Below are positions 40,527 to 49,810 of a stretch of DNA of 64,000 nucleotides, piece after piece. How positions within the stretch are numbered: the first letter of the stretch is position 1; every line of letters starts with the position of its first letter. The translations under genes and the position numbers were made by a program. Under the pieces are notes generated by a model, which had not been told where the DNA came from, did not search any database, and saw only the letters and a list, made by a program, of their open reading frames with translations. Source of the stretch: a virus; the IMG/VR virus record IMGVR_UViG_3300049830_000142, positions 70,589-134,588 of that record. One strand, written 5' to 3'.

Positions 40527-40769
40527 TTAGAGTTTGTGCTGCTCATACTGTGCTAACAACTGCTCAAGCTCAGCTCTACGTTGCTTACCTTCCTCAATCA
40601 TTTCAGGAGGGAATTGAAAGCCATGAGAGAACAATAGACCTATGACTCGTGACTCAGCATTGCCAAGGAACGTGATGTAATCTTGGTATGCTTTGATGAG
40701 TGTGTCTGGAGTAAAGCACTGGACCGTTATGGTTTGGCCTTGTCCTGTACTGGTGGTTGTGGTTGACAT
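40527..40769 (-). CDS. Hypothetical protein
   Basis: 80 aa ORF. Confidence 0.5.
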   Translation of the reverse strand: MSTTTTSTGQGQTITVQCFTPDTLIKAYQDYITFLGNAESRVIGLLFSHGFQFPPEMIEEGKQRRAELEQLLAQYEQHKL

Positions 40770-41167
40770 TCTTTGATTGTAACTTCAACTCGCTTCAGTT
40801 GGCAATGAGTAAATTTACGGTCTCTTGCCCTCTCCATCTCCCCTATCTCAACTTGGTTAGAGGCTAAGTAAGGTATGTTGGAGTCGGTGTGCATATAGTC
40901 ACCTTCAGTAATGACTCGGCAATCAGTTGGGTCATATAGACACGATAGTTTGAATGTGTGCATGAATGGTTCTGTTCTTGGTATTTTATTCTCGTTCCAA
41001 TACTTGATGGCTCCTTTAGTTCCATAACAATTAGGAGTAGTCCGATCACACCTAGGACAATGAACGTCTGCATCGCAGTCATCACCCATTACCTTAGGAT
41101 GTTGAAATCCACAGATGCAAGGATTGATATGTAGCTTATGGTCATTGTGTTCTTGGTCTTCGTTCAT
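40727..41167 (-). CDS. Hypothetical Zn-ribbon protein (Lar-like CxC..CxxC)
   Basis: PCICG..V.CPRC..T......A...WN. Confidence 0.55.
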   Translation of the reverse strand: MNEDQEHNDHKLHINPCICGFQHPKVMGDDCDADVHCPRCDRTTPNCYGTKGAIKYWNENKIPRTEPFMHTFKLSCLYDPTDCRVITEGDYMHTDSNIPYLASNQVEIGEMERARDRKFTHCQLKRVEVTIKECQPQPPVQDKAKP

Positions 41168-41427
41168 AGCGCGATTAGGTTGTATCTGTTGGTGACCTTA
41201 GATACATGCTTCTCATCTACTCTACCCATTGAATCGATATGGTTTATCTCGATCGTGTATTTGTAGGTGGTTGTAGAACTGTAAGAGAATGACTCACGTT
41301 TCTTTCTAAGAATACGCTTCACCACGCCCTTTGCTACTTGTCCAGAATAGTTGTAGGCTACTAGCGTGCCTATGCCGACCACTTTACCATAATTATCTGT
41401 GAAATGTTCAACTACTTCTTGTGCCAT
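41164..41427 (-). CDS. Hypothetical SH3-like protein
   Basis: D.YG..V.IGTLVAY pattern. Confidence 0.5.
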   Translation of the reverse strand: MAQEVVEHFTDNYGKVVGIGTLVAYNYSGQVAKGVVKRILRKKRESFSYSSTTTYKYTIEINHIDSMGRVDEKHVSKVTNRYNLIAL

Positions 41428-41428
41428 A

Positions 41429-41623
41429 TTAGCTTAGTCCGCAAGTTATTCTTGGAAAACATGGGCAGCGTGAGTTACCACAGCAATAGCCCATCACTCG
41501 TTTCATTTCGAGTCCGCATTCACCACACACCGCTACGGTCGGGTTAGGATCGTAGTTAGGTGTGGGGTCCGGTAATTTAGGGATAACCGGTATTCCCCTT
41601 TCTCTCGCTTCTTCTGGTGTCAT
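41429..41623 (-). CDS. Small Zn-finger protein
   Basis: CGECG..YCCGNSRCP. Confidence 0.55.
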   Translation of the reverse strand: MTPEEARERGIPVIPKLPDPTPNYDPNPTVAVCGECGLEMKRVMGYCCGNSRCPCFPRITCGLS

Positions 41624-41973
41624 AGATCTGTGTCTAGCCTACGTTCTTCAGTAGGCTTTGGTGGTTTAGGTGGTACAGCCATTTTAGTTGTCACCATGTA
41701 CCAGGCTGTGATGAGTTGTTCATACGCTAAATCTGCCGCAGCCTGGCATCTGCTATGATACTGTTCCTTTTCCTCCATACTAGGATTGCCAAAGTAAGCA
41801 GGCATATTATCAGGTAACTCACAAAGTGACTGACCATCACCGTCAATGGTGATTGCAATATTCATGACCCACATCCCATCGCCAGTATTGACATAAGGTT
41901 TAGATATGTACTTTACCTTAGTCAAATCAATAACACCATCTTTCAATGGGTATAACGGTAATCCTATATTCAT
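41620..41973 (-). CDS. Hypothetical protein with C-terminal tag ERRLDTDL
   Basis: Tag at C-terminus; paralogue of 42956-43216. Confidence 0.75.
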   Translation of the reverse strand: MNIGLPLYPLKDGVIDLTKVKYISKPYVNTGDGMWVMNIAITIDGDGQSLCELPDNMPAYFGNPSMEEKEQYHSRCQAAADLAYEQLITAWYMVTTKMAVPPKPPKPTEERRLDTDL

Positions 41974-42470
41974 GGTACTACTAAGTGACCGGCTCTATTC
42001 TCGTATTTCGCGAAGAACAGACTTCCGAGCACGTATTTGTTTGGATGACTAACAGCCCAGAATGCTTCCTTCAGCGCATAGCCATGAGCTATGTGAAGAT
42101 AGAGGCAGATTGCTGAACTACGACTGATACCAGCTGCACAGTGAATAATGAAGTCTTTGCCTTCATACTTCTTTATGAATTCAAGGACTCTATAGGTGTC
42201 CTCGATCAAGATTGGATGATGCCATTGACCTTTATGCTCTAGCCTAGCTGTAATGTCAGTGAACTTTAGAGTTAGGATCTTATCAGAAGCACGGTCAAGC
42301 TTAAGTGGATACAAAGGCTCGTGTTCTTCATTGATAGAGATCATGACTGCGTTGTCAGGTAAAGACTCAATCTCTCCTGCCATTTGTGCGTTGATGTTGA
42401 CAGCTTTAGGGGTTTTAGGGGTTTTACCTTTAGGCTTCAAATCTCTTAGTGCTATTTCTTGTAATGTCAT
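41970..42470 (-). CDS. Protein-tyrosine/dual-specificity phosphatase
   Basis: IIHCAAGISRS (CX5R) loop; F.DI and PN motifs. Confidence 0.9.
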   Translation of the reverse strand: MTLQEIALRDLKPKGKTPKTPKAVNINAQMAGEIESLPDNAVMISINEEHEPLYPLKLDRASDKILTLKFTDITARLEHKGQWHHPILIEDTYRVLEFIKKYEGKDFIIHCAAGISRSSAICLYLHIAHGYALKEAFWAVSHPNKYVLGSLFFAKYENRAGHLVVP

Positions 42471-42660
42471 GATATTTTCTTATTAACTGGTCGGTCTTCC
42501 ATTGTTCTTTTGCCCATTGACTGGCTGGCCTCGAACCAAATTTAAGGTTACCTTTTATTGCTTTTTTAATAAGCTTTAATCTACCCTCATCAATATAAAA
42601 TAATCGATGAATAAGTAACGGCAGATTATCAGTGAAAACTACATTAGGTGTTAAACTCAT
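42430..42660 (-). CDS. Hypothetical protein
   Basis: 76 aa ORF. Confidence 0.5.
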   Translation of the reverse strand: MSLTPNVVFTDNLPLLIHRLFYIDEGRLKLIKKAIKGNLKFGSRPASQWAKEQWKTDQLIRKYHDITRNSTKRFEA

Positions 42661-42720
42661 GGTAGTGATCCAACTGGAATTAGTAACCCAGCTTTGATGT
42701 TCTTCTTGGTAGGTTTGACG

Positions 42721-42927
42721 TTACGAACCGTAATATACTTGGTTTCTACTACGTTCTTGTCTGTCAGAATCTTCTTGTTTCTTCGCTTCATTTGGGTTCC
42801 ATGCGTTTATTGGTTGAGGGATGTGTCGAGGCTGCATACCGATGTGTTGCCAATACTGTCCGGTAAACAACAGCTCTCGTCCACAGTCTTTGCATGTGGA
42901 TCTGTTGCCGAATATTTCTTCATTCAT
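42721..42927 (-). CDS. Small Zn-binding hypothetical protein
   Basis: Start trimmed to MNEEIFG (ATGA overlap with cryptic tag); CKDCG..W.H..H. Confidence 0.55.
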   Translation of the reverse strand: MNEEIFGNRSTCKDCGRELLFTGQYWQHIGMQPRHIPQPINAWNPNEAKKQEDSDRQERSRNQVYYGS

Positions 42928-42950
42928 AGTTGTGGGTCTAATCTTCGTTC
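42924..42950 (-). other. Cryptic C-terminal tag ERRLDPQL* in -1 frame of 42956-43216
   Basis: GAA CGA AGA TTA GAC CCA CAA CTA TGA. Confidence 0.85.
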
Positions 42951-42955
42951 TTCTG

Positions 42956-43216
42956 TTACACCTGATCTGCTTTGTGGTCTGACAATACAGTAGACCAAGC
43001 ATCTATCAAGTCATTTCGTATTTTTTCTGCTACCTTGCTCATGTCATATCGTTCAGTGCTGCTAACATAGTCTGTCAAACTAATGTCTTTGCCATCTACC
43101 TCTACCGTAAACTTTCTAATAGATGGATTATAACAAGCCGGACCAACGTTCTTAAGTTGCTGTAGGTTAAGTGTGTAACCTACGAAGTTGTAGAGTGGTA
43201 GTTTTAATTCACTCAT
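42956..43216 (-). CDS. Hypothetical protein, apparently frameshifted before its tag
   Basis: LPLY..LIDAW shared with 41620-41973; tag lies in -1 frame just past stop. Confidence 0.65.
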   Translation of the reverse strand: MSELKLPLYNFVGYTLNLQQLKNVGPACYNPSIRKFTVEVDGKDISLTDYVSSTERYDMSKVAEKIRNDLIDAWSTVLSDHKADQV

Positions 43217-43482
43217 AAGTCTGTGTCTAGTCTACGTTCATTGGTGTGCTTACTCGGCTTGTAACCGCCTACTAACGCATACTTGTAGACTTGGAAGTTG
43301 TAGTTAGGGTATTGCAGCTGCGCCTTAGTCCGGCATTCCTCAGCACCTTCAAAGCTGTAGAATAACCGAGCTTTATGCAGCATAGTTAATGTATGAGTTG
43401 GGCTAGCGTTTTGGTCAAACTTAACAAAGTGACCGTCTGCCCAATCAGTGTCGACCGCACCGACTAAATAAAGTTCATTCAT
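43213..43482 (-). CDS. Hypothetical protein, tag ERRLDTDL (tandem family)
   Basis: Tag; LY-V strand, A..F...A helix. Confidence 0.75.
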   Translation of the reverse strand: MNELYLVGAVDTDWADGHFVKFDQNASPTHTLTMLHKARLFYSFEGAEECRTKAQLQYPNYNFQVYKYALVGGYKPSKHTNERRLDTDL

Positions 43483-43772
43483 AGGTCTGGTTCAATGTTT
43501 CGTTCGTTGTCTTCCTCCCTAGGTATAATACGTTGGGTAGGCTGTTCATGAAATACTACTATCTCATAAGTATTCTCTGGTCTCTTTTCCTGCATGTAAT
43601 CTCTCAAAGCTTCAGCAGAAGATACAGTCGCCATGAATTTACATCTAGGAAATGTACCATGTGAAGGAATAGCCATTATGTTAGTTCCATCAGAATTTCG
43701 TCTCCATTGTAATGTTGCAAACTTGTCTTTGTTAGAACCGGCTGCAACTTTAACACAGTAGAGTACTCTCAT
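43479..43772 (-). CDS. Hypothetical protein, tag ERNIEPDL (tandem family)
   Basis: Tag variant; similar layout to neighbours. Confidence 0.75.
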   Translation of the reverse strand: MRVLYCVKVAAGSNKDKFATLQWRRNSDGTNIMAIPSHGTFPRCKFMATVSSAEALRDYMQEKRPENTYEIVVFHEQPTQRIIPREEDNERNIEPDL

Positions 43773-44119
43773 AAGTGTGTGTCTAATCTACGTTCAGGCA
43801 AGTCGGCTCTAGCTTGTGATTTACTAGTCCTAGGTTTCCGTCTACGATTAAGAACTATCTTAGTAACAAACTTAACAGTCTTAAACTCTCGTAAAGGAAA
43901 TAGCTTACCTAGATAGTATACTACATGTCTAGCCTGGCTTTCTGACAGGAAGTGAGTTGCAAAGTTTACACTAGTTACTCCGACGTCCTCGTTCTTCAGT
44001 TCTGAAGCAGTGGGAACAGGTCTAACATTTACCCACCTATCCATGTAAACTCTAGGCGATAGCTCGTAACCGTCTGTTGTCCCAGCATCGTGGACAACCC
44101 ATATTTTGTAGTGATTCAT
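43769..44119 (-). CDS. Hypothetical protein, tag ERRLDTHL (tandem family)
   Basis: Tag; ATHF.S..QA helix. Confidence 0.75.
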   Translation of the reverse strand: MNHYKIWVVHDAGTTDGYELSPRVYMDRWVNVRPVPTASELKNEDVGVTSVNFATHFLSESQARHVVYYLGKLFPLREFKTVKFVTKIVLNRRRKPRTSKSQARADLPERRLDTHL

Positions 44120-44415
44120 AGTTGTGTGTCTAACCTCCGTTCATCCAAGTCATGTCGTGTTTCACCTGGTGTATGAACTTCTAGATTAACTTCGATGACC
44201 TCAGTTTCCAATGTTTCGTTGACCTGTGTTGATTGTTGTATCTTCACTACCTCATCTCGCGAAGTAGTGAAGAATGCTTTCGCTAGTTCATTACCACTGT
44301 AACACCAGCCTTTGTAAGGCTGTTCAGTGTTGAAGAACTCGACAAACATACCAGCACGGTCTCCAACAATGTGCTCTATTTTATCCTTTGTTATTTTTAG
44401 GCAATACAGTCTCAT
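44116..44415 (-). CDS. Hypothetical protein, tag ERRLDTQL (tandem family)
   Basis: Tag; MRLYCL strand. Confidence 0.75.
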   Translation of the reverse strand: MRLYCLKITKDKIEHIVGDRAGMFVEFFNTEQPYKGWCYSGNELAKAFFTTSRDEVVKIQQSTQVNETLETEVIEVNLEVHTPGETRHDLDERRLDTQL

Positions 44416-44626
44416 TGCGATTCCAGTTCCATAGTCCGTATATGTTCACTGCAAGAAATACAGTGTTAGTGATGATCATTGGCCAGTTGTGCATTTTCAA
44501 CGATGCTATTGTCCAGAGTATGCTACCAACCATAAACCAAGGCCAGCACCACTTATGCTTTCTTGCAGCTAGAATGGCACCGATGACGGAAGCACCGGTG
44601 CCAAGCCAGCTTAATAACATGATCAT
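44381..44626 (-). CDS. PnuC-like small membrane protein
   Basis: W.G....G..L.A.K..W.W......W....N.YG.W.W, three TM helices. Confidence 0.6.
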   Translation of the reverse strand: MIMLLSWLGTGASVIGAILAARKHKWCWPWFMVGSILWTIASLKMHNWPMIITNTVFLAVNIYGLWNWNRNETVLPKNNKG

Positions 44627-44976
44627 CGATCAAACAACACTGTCATGATGAAGGCAACAATAGCAGAGCCAACTAACATCACTAATAGATGCCAGGCTGG
44701 GATACCACGCCTACACAGTTTTCTTTTGATCTCAGCTACTATAGCGTTTGTTCCAATCCTACCATTGGGCGGATCTTGCAACCCAGAGATCTTCAACAAG
44801 TCATCACACAACTTATTGCTGACTTCCATATGAGCGTCTAACAGTGCTGGCCAACTAGGATAGCAGCGCTGACATTCATAGTGACCGTCATCTCGATGAG
44901 CACTGCAGATTCCACTAGCTTTAAGGTCTGGATAGTTTCTCTTAGCCAGCACCTCGTAATCGTTTGCTGTAGGCAT
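44623..44976 (-). CDS. Hypothetical protein with C-terminal TM
   Basis: 117 aa. Confidence 0.55.
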   Translation of the reverse strand: MPTANDYEVLAKRNYPDLKASGICSAHRDDGHYECQRCYPSWPALLDAHMEVSNKLCDDLLKISGLQDPPNGRIGTNAIVAEIKRKLCRRGIPAWHLLVMLVGSAIVAFIMTVLFDR

Positions 44977-44977
44977 A

Positions 44978-45463
44978 TTAGTGTGTGAGTATGTATTCAG
45001 ACAAAGCGTATTTGTCTTTGAGCGATCCAGGAGGTAACGTAGCTGAGTTATGCTTAAGATCCGACAACTTAGCTAATGTTGTCCAGTTCTTGAGATGATA
45101 GATGTTGATGATGTAAGTGTCATAGGAAGTAAAGTTTTTCCTATTCAACGCTTGCAAACCATCAATCAGCATATCAACTACAAACCTAGGGAACTCTTCT
45201 AAGTCTTTTCTTAACTGTGCTTCAGTCACCCTATCATCTTCCATAGCGTCGTGGAGATTGCAGCCAGCCTCGATAATGGGTAGCTCTTGTCCTAAGGGTA
45301 ACCCCGTTCCGTAGTTCTTGGTAGGATCATACATCGTGACAGCAATCTTACGGACTGCTCTAGGATGCGTGATGTATTCCTGTCCATCTTTTCTCATCTG
45401 ACCTTTATGGTAGCGTTCAGCTAGCATATCGGTGTAGTCCGGTAGTTCTTGTATTGTTCTCAT
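44978..45463 (-). CDS. RelA/SpoT-type HD hydrolase (small alarmone hydrolase-like)
   Basis: H.GQ.RKDG..YITHP..V, LHD..ED, KL.D..HN. Confidence 0.85.
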   Translation of the reverse strand: MRTIQELPDYTDMLAERYHKGQMRKDGQEYITHPRAVRKIAVTMYDPTKNYGTGLPLGQELPIIEAGCNLHDAMEDDRVTEAQLRKDLEEFPRFVVDMLIDGLQALNRKNFTSYDTYIINIYHLKNWTTLAKLSDLKHNSATLPPGSLKDKYALSEYILTH

Positions 45464-45765
45464 TTCATGTATTCGTCGAATGCCTGTTTCAGCATCGCTC
45501 GTTTTAGTAACTGCCTACCACGCTTTTGAATAGCACGGTTAGCGTTACGAATTGTTTCTTTGGATAGTGGTCGTGAGTGAGCACCAGCCGTCTTATCCAC
45601 GCCTACACTACCATCGCTTCTCGTAAATGGTTTGGGAGTAGGAGTGGCCATCCAGTCTTTGCTGAATGTATGGTTGCGATAGAAGGCTGCAGTCTTAGCG
45701 TTGTTCTTTTGAGTGCTTAACTTGCGTTCTGACGGCTTACCAGCTTCTTGGTTCAATGTCTTCAT
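45460..45765 (-). CDS. Hypothetical basic protein
   Basis: 101 aa. Confidence 0.55.
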   Translation of the reverse strand: MKTLNQEAGKPSERKLSTQKNNAKTAAFYRNHTFSKDWMATPTPKPFTRSDGSVGVDKTAGAHSRPLSKETIRNANRAIQKRGRQLLKRAMLKQAFDEYMK

Positions 45766-45886
45766 CGCATCAGTATTAGGGTTGCGACACCCAATGTCAA
45801 CATGATCAACGCTACATTAAGGTAACGTCGAGCTATTGATTGACGAGTACCCAGCATTTCTGCCTTAGCCTCGTAGTATTGTTTGT

Positions 45887-46300
45887 TCATGGTTTGTATT
45901 CTAACAGTGTTGTAGGAGCTCCGATAGCAGTCCTAAGATAAGGTGTAGGATCAATGAGTATGTCGAACTTGTCTGGATTAGATCCCTGCTCCTCCATAGC
46001 TGCGTCTAAGGCTGCTTGAGTAATGTTGAACTTCTGGAACAGTGTTTGGTATAGTAATGCTTTCCAAGATTCATGCTCTTCAGTCATGAATAGATCTGCT
46101 GGTGTAGTCAACGCCCAAGTGATAAAGCAGTCTATTACTCGTTCAGTAGTCGAGTCTAACCAACCAGCACAAGCAGTTTCAGCTGAGTAAGAGCGATACA
46201 GTGATGCAATCGCCCTATCATCGTATTGGTTTAGCCTAGTATTGCGAGCTCTGATTTGTGCTATCGTTTTGATCTGATAGTCTTCGAATTTGTCATCCAT
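45887..46300 (-). CDS. Hypothetical protein
   Basis: 137 aa. Confidence 0.55.
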   Translation of the reverse strand: MDDKFEDYQIKTIAQIRARNTRLNQYDDRAIASLYRSYSAETACAGWLDSTTERVIDCFITWALTTPADLFMTEEHESWKALLYQTLFQKFNITQAALDAAMEEQGSNPDKFDILIDPTPYLRTAIGAPTTLLEYKP

Positions 46301-46704
46301 TATATTGTCTTTCCACAGTCGTCACAGGTATAAACCAAATAGTCTAAACCAGTAATGCCATGTGTTTGGTTGCGATGTTGACAGGTTTTAGGCCAGTCTT
46401 TGATCGTTGCTTTCATTCCGTCAGTCACCTTCATCAGTTTAGACATGAGGTGTGTTAATTCCTCAGCTCTGATAACTAAACCATCTTGCCAACTCGAACT
46501 CCAAATAGGACCAAATTGATTAAATCCTTTAAGGTGTCGAGGGTATTCTTGTCTACTGATGACAAAGCCTAATTCCGGTGGCTGAGCTGTAGTACTAGCA
46601 GCTCCTTCCAATTCCGTAATCTTGCCATATCGCCAGTCGTTATACTCTTGAGTTGTTTTGAAGAGGGGTTCTCCCTCAGGTAATCTGTCGGTGTGAGTGC
46701 TCAT
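46300..46704 (-). CDS. Hypothetical protein, C-terminal C-x-H..CxxC
   Basis: 134 aa. Confidence 0.55.
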   Translation of the reverse strand: MSTHTDRLPEGEPLFKTTQEYNDWRYGKITELEGAASTTAQPPELGFVISRQEYPRHLKGFNQFGPIWSSSWQDGLVIRAEELTHLMSKLMKVTDGMKATIKDWPKTCQHRNQTHGITGLDYLVYTCDDCGKTI

Positions 46705-46851
46705 TGTGTTTTGTTTGCGTTAAATGCTACTGACGTGAAGCAGAAAACTGCTCCAGCTAAACAGAACTGCCAGTTATGCTTAGCTAAACCAACAGCTACG
46801 CACATAATACCGGCTAAGCCCCAGAACAGGGCCAATTGATTTCTTGTCATA

Positions 46852-47052
46852 TTACCACCTAATTCCTTTGTTGCGGTTTTCTTGTATCCACTCCACTACT
46901 AGTATAATCACTAGAATAGGTCCAATGATAATGGATAATATCAAAGCTAGAATGTCTTCTAAAACTAATTTACGGCGCTGGTATGTTCTTTGTAAAAATA
47001 CCAGCATTCCTAGAACTAGCCAAGTCAACGCTATGTATTTGAATATTGTCAT
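46852..47052 (-). CDS. Two-TM membrane protein (untagged relative of 51850-52179)
   Basis: LTW.V.G..., LED...I..GPI...V.EW. Confidence 0.55.
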   Translation of the reverse strand: MTIFKYIALTWLVLGMLVFLQRTYQRRKLVLEDILALILSIIIGPILVIILVVEWIQENRNKGIRW

Positions 47053-47303
47053 AAGTTGTCTGCGAGTCTAGCTAACACATCTCCATGACAAGCTTGAGGA
47101 CTACACCAGCAGCCTAAGATCTTGTCCTTTAATAGAGGTAGTTGAGCTAGTAACTCAGGTTTTGTCTTGATCCATTCTTCGTATTTCTGGATCACTTCTT
47201 CCCTAGTACCGTCCTTACCTATCTCGAACGGATTTCCCCATTGTGTTCTTCGATCTATCAAAACATCGAATTTACTTCGCTTGCAATGTACCACTTTTGT
47301 CAT
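47049..47303 (-). CDS. DUF4326 protein
   Basis: V.IDR.TQWGNPF..Y..W..L.GK.LGCWC.P..CHGDVL. Confidence 0.9.
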   Translation of the reverse strand: MTKVVHCKRSKFDVLIDRRTQWGNPFEIGKDGTREEVIQKYEEWIKTKPELLAQLPLLKDKILGCWCSPQACHGDVLARLADNL

Positions 47304-47760
47304 TTGGTTTATCCTTCAAATATGTGTAAGCTTTCAAAACTAAATTATAATCATCCATCAACATACCTATCCCGCTATTACAGTTAGAGCATAAAGTGCC
47401 TCTAAACTTACCAGTTTGATGCGAATGATCCCAACATAATTTTTCTTTGCTTCCGCATATCTCACAACTGTCATTCAGCTGTTCTTTCTTTGCTTGTCGG
47501 TAAGCTTGTTTATAAACCTTTGATCGATTTCTGGTTTCAATACTACAACGCCACTGTGTTTTAGTATCGTTTCTGGGATATACTTTAACTGGACCACAAG
47601 TGTTACATACAGCTGTTTGAGTTGTACTATTTATGTTAGTCAATCGATGTAACCATTTTGAGGTGACAGATCTAGAAATGACTGTACCGTGTCTAAGTTG
47701 CTTATAATAACAAGCTGCACAAAATCCACGTGCTGTAACTGGTTTAGGGCTGCAATTTCT
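47272..47760 (-). pseudogene. Endonuclease VII-family homing endonuclease whose N-terminal part lacks an in-frame ATG
   Basis: CEICG..WDHSH.TGKFRG.LC..CN.GIG; frame stays open upstream (RNCSPKPVTARGFCAACYY) to a TGA; nearest ATG is in another frame. Confidence 0.6.
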
Positions 47761-47911
47761 TCAGTTGTCATTGGTCTTAGTGTATTTGACTACGATTGGG
47801 TCGAAGAGGTGGAATGGGAACGTTAGCTGTTGAATGTTCTTATCCGTGAATGCAGCATTGTTGTGCCACATTAGTGAGCGATCGAAATGTAGTTTATAAG
47901 CTACGTATTTC

Positions 47912-48397
47912 TTAGCTGCCGTTATCAGGGAGCGCATATAGGTTGATGTTGATTGGTAATTTGTTGAATACATGCTTGATCATCTCAAGCACGATAGGCC
48001 AGTGTCCACCTGCCCTATCACTAGCTATCTTGTAAGGCATGGAAATGGAAGTTAGTTTAAGTTCCAATACCTGCTTTCTTAGTTCTTCCAGAGATTGGTA
48101 GAACGCTTCATAGTTCATGTATCTTGCGCCTTCGTAGCCATAGTTAGGCTGGCCGTATAGGTTAGACACATATTTGATTGGGCTAGTCTTGTCACTTACT
48201 TCAACGATGATGCTCTTACCCAACAACTCTTTGCCGTGAGTAATGTAAGCTCGGGTATCCTCTCCATAAACTTCCGGATATTGCATCCTCAAAGCTTTGG
48301 CTACACCTGAGTTCATCGTGTTTCTTGTATTGCAGCAATGGGCTACTAACTCATCCTTTGAGTCTAGTATGTTGCCCGTTATGTTTGTTATTGTCAT
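47912..48397 (-). CDS. Macro domain protein (ADP-ribosylhydrolase-like)
   Basis: I.GNI....VAHCCN....MNSGVAKAL...YP; IAMP-like SMPY.I...GG.W. Confidence 0.85.
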   Translation of the reverse strand: MTITNITGNILDSKDELVAHCCNTRNTMNSGVAKALRMQYPEVYGEDTRAYITHGKELLGKSIIVEVSDKTSPIKYVSNLYGQPNYGYEGARYMNYEAFYQSLEELRKQVLELKLTSISMPYKIASDRAGGHWPIVLEMIKHVFNKLPININLYALPDNGS

Positions 48398-48687
48398 AAA
48401 TCAGTGTCTAATCTTCTGGTAGGTAATGGTAAATCTACTTCAGGAGCTAGCGAGCCTTCCAAGTCATCACCTTCCCTGCATAGCATCCATTCAGTTGAGA
48501 ATGTAGCTGCTTTCTTTGCCGGTGTTCCAATTAAGCTGTCGTGTACTATTCGCATAATACTGTTACAAGCAAATGGTCCTACGTTAGCCATAGCATATCG
48601 CTTTGGAACTCTGTCGTCCGTTCTTTTCACCCACACATCATTTGACATGACTCTTTCGTCTAACCTTAGTTTTCTAAATTTTTTCAT
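48394..48687 (-). CDS. Hypothetical protein, tag TRRLDTDL
   Basis: Tag; ATGA-coupled to macro gene. Confidence 0.75.
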   Translation of the reverse strand: MKKFRKLRLDERVMSNDVWVKRTDDRVPKRYAMANVGPFACNSIMRIVHDSLIGTPAKKAATFSTEWMLCREGDDLEGSLAPEVDLPLPTRRLDTDL

Positions 48688-48920
48688 GTTGATCCTGATA
48701 TCTTATCCCACATGTCAGTGAATGTAGGATCTGGTTTTGCCTCAGTTACTACTCGCCTAAGCAAAGTCTCAGCTACCCAGTAACCTTCTTTGTTGTTCAG
48801 CTCATAGGAGTTCATACTCCAGTCCTTGTCATATTGTCTATTAGTGACAACACGTTCTACCTCACCGTTATTCCAGGTAGTATAAAGCACCTTGTCTCCG
48901 ACTTTGTATAGAAAGCTCAT
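48684..48920 (-). CDS. Hypothetical SH3-like protein
   Basis: YKVGDKV..., W..E..L. Confidence 0.55.
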   Translation of the reverse strand: MSFLYKVGDKVLYTTWNNGEVERVVTNRQYDKDWSMNSYELNNKEGYWVAETLLRRVVTEAKPDPTFTDMWDKISGST

Positions 48921-49810
48921 TTAGCCTCCAATAGTTTTGCGAACTCCCAGAACTTAGGCCAGCTCTTGGTTACGCAGTTTGGATTAGTGCAAGTGTACTT
49001 CATGTTGTTTAGGATCGCAAAGATCACCAATGCCTGGACTATCCTGTGATCATTCGAATCGATCACTCCAGTAGCCTGGAATTGTGCCTTAGCTCTATCC
49101 GTCTCAACCAGTCTATTCGACTCATGATTGGCTAAACTAGGGAATCTAGCTGCTCCATCCTCAACTGTAATCCTGTCAAACACCCTAGCTAAACAATACT
49201 CCTCAGAATGATAAACGTAGACATACATCATACGAGTACCTTTGCAGGCCTTATAGTTTACAGCCGCCATCGCTTGGTTCAGGATAGTACGATCGAGGGG
49301 AGCGACCCATCTATTGTATTTCCAGAGCTCAATACGGTAATCATCAACAGCTGTTTTAGTAACTCTAAGCTTGTGAGGTGATACTCTAGGCAATCTAGCT
49401 GAATCCGCTCTAAACAGATAAGCTGCGCTAGCCCATTGAGATGTTCCACCATCAAGAGTCAGTAACTTCGTCAAGCTGTTAGTCAATATCTTGGCCTTGT
49501 CATTGCTGATAGCTCTATCCTGTAGCGTACCATGAATTTCAAATTCCTTGCCAGCGTCAGTCTGCCAGTTATAGTAGGTTAGGAAACGCAGCAATGTTCC
49601 GCTCTCCCCTACATTGATTGTAGTAGACTTATCCCAAGATAGCCTAGCATTTAGTGCAGCAGTAACGTCATCACCTAGATTTTCACCCATGTTCTCTTTG
49701 ATGAAGCTATTCGTTCCATGCCAGTTACCATTCTTAAGGTCTAGCATTAGGTAACGAATAACAATACTCTTGTCGAATGGGATTGTGTTTCTTATTGCGT
49801 CGTTCTTCAT
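48917..49810 (-). CDS. aroA: Shortened EPSP synthase (AroA)-like enolpyruvyl transferase
   Basis: DKS...R, DDV...LNA, VGESGTLLRF, DGGTSQW, HESNRL, NDHRI, CVTKSWPKFW match AroA motifs in order; only 297 aa. Confidence 0.85.
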   Translation of the reverse strand: MKNDAIRNTIPFDKSIVIRYLMLDLKNGNWHGTNSFIKENMGENLGDDVTAALNARLSWDKSTTINVGESGTLLRFLTYYNWQTDAGKEFEIHGTLQDRAISNDKAKILTNSLTKLLTLDGGTSQWASAAYLFRADSARLPRVSPHKLRVTKTAVDDYRIELWKYNRWVAPLDRTILNQAMAAVNYKACKGTRMMYVYVYHSEEYCLARVFDRITVEDGAARFPSLANHESNRLVETDRAKAQFQATGVIDSNDHRIVQALVIFAILNNMKYTCTNPNCVTKSWPKFWEFAKLLEAK

